DNA of 63,956 bases, counting the filler, from Octopus bimaculoides (taxonomy: Eukaryota): assembly GCF_001194135.2 (NCBI RefSeq). It is 7 parts of 6 records of this genome, joined end to end, with 100 filler letters (N's around TTAATTAATTAA, not from the genome) between each part and the next. Parts side by side here need not be neighbours in the genome. Positions count along the whole stretch, not along the records: positions 57,507 to 60,521 come from NC_069002.1; positions 60,622 to 62,358 come from NC_068998.1; positions 62,459 to 63,956 come from NW_026415135.1; 4 more parts are not named here. One strand, written 5' to 3'. Below, piece after piece: positions 58,897-63,956 of this stretch (the stretch's first letter is position 1; each line of letters begins with the position of its first letter). The translations under genes and the position numbers were made by a program. The notes under the pieces were generated by a model, which was given only the letters and a program-made list of their open reading frames with translations, had not been told where the DNA came from and searched no databases.

Positions 58897-60279
58897 CAAC
58901 AGCAACAATATATACTTTCTCCTCTGCTTAACAGACAGAAAATGTAATGAGGAAATCTTCTCTTGAAAATTTCCAAGATAGATTTTATGATCAACAGTTT
59001 GAGACGCAGCTGATGGTAATGCCATTATTGTTGGCAGATTAAAAGAGTTATTAGTGTAAGGATTTTTTCATCGGTTTTGAATGAAGGGATATCTCAAGAG
59101 CATATGATTAAGATAAATCTTCTAATTATTGATAAGCGACTTGGCGATGTCGTATATATATATATATGTTACGTTGTCTTGGAAATTTTATGACAAATCA
59201 ATGTGATGACAGTAAAAAGATAAAAAAGAATTTACCGTCATATCAAACACTGATTAATATCACTGATTAACATTCGTTAACTCTTTGCCTATCCAATTTA
59301 TTTTCATAAATTTTTCCTAAACGTCCATGCGTGTTTTTAGTCATTTAGCTCTTGTTTCGTATGTTCTGAGTAATATAAAGCTTTCTTTACGTAAGTACTC
59401 TGGTAGTCGAAAAATATTGGGAATGTCTGTCTTATATCATGCATGGAGGCCAGGGAAATATGCGTATCACATATGATACACAGGACAGGCAAACGGGTCA
59501 AACTGCATTTTAAAAAGATCCTTAATAAATGAAACAAGAAAACTGCAGCAAAGCTGCGTGATAGTGACGTCAGACGTGGCATGCAGACCATCTTATAACC
59601 TGTTTGACATTGCGTTTTTATTCTTCTCTTCCGTTTTGAGAATTCAGTGTACACATGCGCATTGCATATTTATTCTTCTTTTTTCCGGTTCCTACTCAAA
59701 ACTGTTTACAGATCACAACCATCTCAAGAACTGCGCTAGTAAGGAGCACATCGCGCTCTGACGGTTTATGAAAAGACCAATTGTAACCAACTTCCGATGA
59801 GAAGAAGTTTGTAATCAAATATTTATGTTGTATGGTATTTAGTATACCTTTATTCGTCTTTATTACCCATATTCATGCCACTGGCCACCCTGACTTATTT
59901 CTCTTAGCGCGTTTTCATTTAAACTATGCAAATTACTCAAAGCAACAAATGTCTTCTATTCTTTTTGTATATGTTTAATTATATCGTCTGTTGAAGTCAA
60001 GATAAAGCAGTAGCGATGCTGATGACACCTTCTAATGTAGACCATATCTGTCCTCTTGTGTCAAGACACGAGAATTTTTTTTTTTTCCTAAATGGTATGT
60101 CCAGTTATTTCTTGATACTTGAGATTATCTCCCCTTCCTATTTGTAGTTCGTCCCAGCTGCCACCAGGCGATTGCTTTGCCTTCTTTGGAAGCGGGAGAC
60201 AATATCAGGAAATCAAAAAATTCGTATTTAATATACTTTTATATGTCTTTGTGTCTCTACGTATTACCTTTTGCCTTTT

Positions 60280-60472
60280 TATTTGTTTTAGTCATTAGAC
60301 TGTGGCCATGTTGGGGCAACGCCTTCAAGAATTTTTAGTCGAATGAATCCACCCCAGTCCTTTTTTTTTTTGTAAGCTTAGTACTTATTCTATCGGGTTC
60401 TTTTGCCGAACCGTTGGAATACGGGGACGTAAACACACCAACACCAGTTGTCAAGCAGTAGTGGGGGACAAA

Positions 60473-60480
<8 letters not shown>
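60280..60480 (-). mobile_element. SINE family A 3' half
   Basis: GTCATTAGACTGTGGCCATGTTGGGGCAACGCC...ACGGGGACGTAAACACACC. Confidence 0.85.
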
Positions 60481-60512
<32 letters not shown>

Positions 60513-60621
60513 TATATATATNNNNNNNNNNNNNNNNNNNNNNNNNNNNNNNNNNNNNNNNNNNNTTAATTAATTAANNNNNNNNNNNNNNNNNNNNNNN
60601 NNNNNNNNNNNNNNNNNNNNN

Positions 60622-60690
<69 letters not shown>

Positions 60691-60699
60691 TATACATAG

Positions 60700-60730
<31 letters not shown>

Positions 60731-60958
60731 TAGATATATATATATACCGAAACAATGTGTATGATACCTGATGACAGGCAATGCCTGTTATTTTTCTGTT
60801 CATAGAAATGCAATATTGTTAGATTAATTGTAATCTTTAATTTGCTAATTAAGATTAATCCTTATGTTTTCCTTTTATGTCTTACATTAAGAGGAAACAA
60901 AGATAATTGCTTCAGTGCAGCAACAACAACAAAATCTCTTTGCACCATATATATTTAG

Positions 60959-60990
<32 letters not shown>

Positions 60991-61438
60991 ATGTATATAC
61001 TTAAACTCCCTCACAAAGGATATGATGCACATACATATATCTGTTTACAAACACACACACACACACATTACGTACGTATCGTGTAACCACTCCCATCCAC
61101 ATGCAACATGATGGCCGCTATGGGTGTTCCAAGGCTCGTCAGATATACCAGCCAAGTCATTTCCAAACCACAACTGCTGTCTTACAAGAAGTTAATGAAA
61201 GTAATGTACTCCTAGGTAGATATATTCAAACTAATGTCACTAGTGTAATCACAGGTGAAACTATTAGAGGGTCATTGATCTGTTCAAGCAGTCTTGACCT
61301 GAGGTCAAACAACAACAGCAACAACATATACATATACATATGGGATGAACTGAGATGAGGGACACAGCAAATACATACAGAAAAAGAGAGAGAGAGGGAG
61401 GGACAGAAAGATTTGGGGGTAGAGAAAAAATGGAGAAA

Positions 61439-61481
<43 letters not shown>

Positions 61482-61679
61482 TGCACGCACAATTATAAAC
61501 ACATACTCATATATGTACATGGACATATGCAAACATGTGCACACACATACACTCGAACACATACAGTCATAAGCATACCTTCACAGACATTCCTTCACAA
61601 ACATGTATCTATTCATATATACACAAATATATATACAGACAAGTTCACATATCTTGATGTATATTCAAAGACACGCAGA

Positions 61680-61997
61680 CGTTCCGTCGGTTACGACGAT
61701 GAGTGTCTCTGTTAAGCTGGTCAACCGATTAGTCTGCTGGTGAAAGTAACGGGTAAGTGGCTGAATGCTCCATAAACACGTGTGTGTGTTAACGTAGTTC
61801 TTGGGAGTATTCAGTGTGGCCCAGAATGCGACAAGGCTGGCCTTTTGAAATGCAGGTGCTACTCATTTATGCCAGGTGAGTTGACCGGAGCAACGTGGAA
61901 TAAAGTGTCTTGCTCAAGAACAGAATGTGCCATGGGGAATCGAGCTCACGAGCTTACGATCCTGAGCTGAATACACCATCCATTAGGCCACACGCCT
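61680..61997 (-). mobile_element. SINE with family C head/core and family E tail
   Basis: GGAGCAACGTGGAATAAAGTGTCTTGCTCAAGAAC (C core) plus GACAAGGCTGGCCTTTTGAAAT and TTAACGTAGTTCT (shared with 56629-57010). Confidence 0.75.
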
Positions 61998-61998
61998 T

Positions 61999-62029
<31 letters not shown>

Positions 62030-62039
62030 GATACAATAG

Positions 62040-62252
62040 ATTCTTTTCTACTCTTAGCACAAGGCCCGAGATTTTTGGGTAGGGGGCCAATCAATTAGAT
62101 CGATCCCAGTATGCAATTAGTACTTAATTTACTGACCCCGAAAGAATAAAAGGCAAAGTCAACCTCGGCGGAATTTGAACTCAAAACGTAAAGACAGACG
62201 AAATACCGCTAAGCATTGCACCCGGCGTGCTAACGTTTCTGCCAGCTCCCCT
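62040..62252 (-). mobile_element. Full-length SINE family B
   Basis: TTCTACTCTTAGCACAAGGCCCGAGATTTT...AAAGTCAACCTCGGCGGAATTTGAACTC...GTTTCTGCCAGCTC. Confidence 0.9.
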
Positions 62253-62323
62253 ATATGATACAATATATTTTTTATACGATAACATTATATGTAACATCAA
62301 ATCAAATTTAAACATACAATACC

Positions 62324-62358
<35 letters not shown>

Positions 62359-62519
62359 NNNNNNNNNNNNNNNNNNNNNNNNNNNNNNNNNNNNNNNNNN
62401 NNTTAATTAATTAANNNNNNNNNNNNNNNNNNNNNNNNNNNNNNNNNNNNNNNNNNNNTATATATATATATATATCATCACCATCATCATTTCAACATCC
62501 ACTTTTATATACATATATC

Positions 62520-62825
62520 CTCATCATCATCATTGTCATTTAATGTCCGCTTTCCATGCTGGCATGGATTGGACGGTTTGACTGGAGGCTAGCAAGCCAG
62601 AAGGCTGCAACAGGCTCGAATCTGATCTGGCAAAGTTTCTACAGCTGGAGGCTGTTCCTAATGCCAACCACTCCAAGAGTGTAGTGGGTGCTTTTTATGC
62701 GTCACAAGCACAAGGGCCAGTCGATCGGTACTGGCATCAACCACACCTGAATGGTGCTTTTTATGTGCCACCAGCACAAGAGCCAGTTAGGCAGCACTGG
62801 CAACAATCACGCTCGAATGGTTCTT
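62520..62825 (-). mobile_element. Retroposon family G (CAT-repeat tail)
   Basis: TTTAATGTCCGCTTTCCATGC...TTTCTACAGCTGGAGGCTGTTCCTAATGCCAACC; internal repeat GGTGCTTTTTATG x2; antisense to 63440-63600. Confidence 0.7.
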
Positions 62826-62984
62826 TACATATATATATATATATCATCATCATCATCCTTTTAACAGCCACTTTCCTGTGCTTGCAGTGAGTCAGATGGA
62901 ATTTTTTTTTTATCACAAAACGAAAGTAGAAATATTAACACCATTCAACAATGTTCAGACAGACGTGTTGCATATATTTCAATT

Positions 62985-63880
62985 TATGATCATAAAATCA
63001 ACGTGGAAAATTATTGTAAGCATTCAGCATTAAAAATATTGTAACTTTGAAAGAGCTTTCTAAGTTTTTGTAAGCATAGTACTTATTTTTCATATTTTTA
63101 AATGTGGAATTTAAAAAAAAAAAATTCCCCAAAAAATGTTAAAATAAAAAAAAACTTTTGATGGGATAGTGGAAAAATTTAAAAAACATCCCATCGTTTT
63201 TTTTTGTTTTTTGTTTTATTTATTTATTTTTCTTTGAAAAGTTTCCTTAGGTCCTTCTTTCAACAATGATTTTGACAGAAAGAAAAAAAGAACTTTCAAA
63301 TTTATAATCCCCGCCAGTTTTTTAGATATTAATTTCATAGGCGATATTTTGGAGAAAGTATATCAAAACTGAAAGTATTTGTTTGGGAATTTCCATTAAA
63401 AATTCATATTTTTTCAATTTTTTCTGACTCTGAATCACTTATAAAGCACCCAGTACACTCTGTAAAGTGGTGCCGTTAGGAAGGCATCCTGCCGTAGAAA
63501 CCATGCCAAAACAGACATGAAGCCCGGGCAGCTCTTCAGCAGGCCAGCTCCTGTCAAACCTTTTAACCCATACCAACTAGGAAAACAGACGTTAAATGAT
63601 GTGTTTATGTATGTATATGTATAAACACAGACGTACACAAAAAAAAACACAAACATAAGCGATTCAACCGAAAAATTTTTTTTTTAATTAAAATTTTTTA
63701 CGGAAACTGCAGAAATACTTTCAATTTTGATATACTTTCTACGAAAAATCGCAATTTCATTTTTCTCTTCTTTCTTTTTTTTTTTTCTGCAATTATACAT
63801 TTAAAAAAGACGATTATGTTACCGGGAAAAAATTCCAATGCTTAGGAAATTTTTTCACATTTATTTTATGATAAAAATAG
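62985..63880. repeat. AT-rich degenerate foldback element enclosing a family G fragment
   Basis: 63335-63437 is complementary to 63661-63760 (GAAAGTATATCAAAACTGAAAGTATTT / AAATACTTTCAATTTTGATATACTTTC); 62985-63030 is complementary to ~63835-63875. Confidence 0.65.
63440..63600 (+). mobile_element. Retroposon family G 3' fragment
   Basis: GTTAGGAAGGCATCCTGCCGTAGAAAC...GGAAAACAGACGTTAAATGATG. Confidence 0.7.
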
Positions 63881-63956
63881 AAAAAATGTCATACATAGAT
63901 ACATACACATCTCTCTCATCATCATCATATATATGTATATATATATATATATATAT

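Noticed and set aside
60147-60225. Strong acceptor CTCCCCTTCCTATTTGTAG followed by open frames
   Set aside because: No convincing donor and no recognisable peptide.
60768-60795. CTGATGA followed by a CAGGCA-A-TGCCTG hairpin
   Set aside because: No GAAA box follows, so it is not a hammerhead.
462-61715. Most ORFs in the supplied track (poly-YI, TH, CV, SL, poly-N/H/L/S and X-filled ORFs)
   Set aside because: They are translations of microsatellites or N-runs that simply lack stop codons; no coding signal.
1-63956. CRISPR arrays, rRNA, prokaryotic operons or horizontally transferred genes
   Set aside because: No regularly spaced repeats with unique spacers, no rRNA-like sequence and no gene-dense segment.

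Overview
AT-rich, repeat-saturated eukaryotic genomic DNA, most likely cephalopod (Octopus). The inference rests on the tRNA-derived SINE families and the very high density of TA/CA/GA/GATA/CATA/AAT microsatellites. About 6.2 kb (~10%) is N. Six gaps are artificial 44N-TTAATTAATTAA-44N spacers, so contiguity across them is not established. I found no intact protein-coding gene, rRNA, true tRNA or CRISPR array; nearly all long ORFs in the supplied track come from microsatellites or N-runs. What I can support: (i) about 45 SINE copies or fragments in several working families (A, B, C, E, F, G) with shuffled modules; (ii) decayed transposon remnants (two mariner N-termini, one Tc1, a hAT-like MITE with an 8-bp TSD, RTE 5' and 3' ends, several R4/Dong-like pieces, a Penelope-like GIY-YIG endonuclease); (iii) three strong local inverted repeats; (iv) short repeats that fold into minimal type I hammerhead ribozymes, two of them in tandem 196 nt apart (retrozyme/Penelope-like, the best lead); (v) a few isolated candidate small exons, the best a 30-nt exon at 42007-42036 with near-ideal splice signals, suggesting the window may lie within large introns. 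Family letters are my working names, and repeat boundaries were set by eye (approx. +/-10-20 bp).
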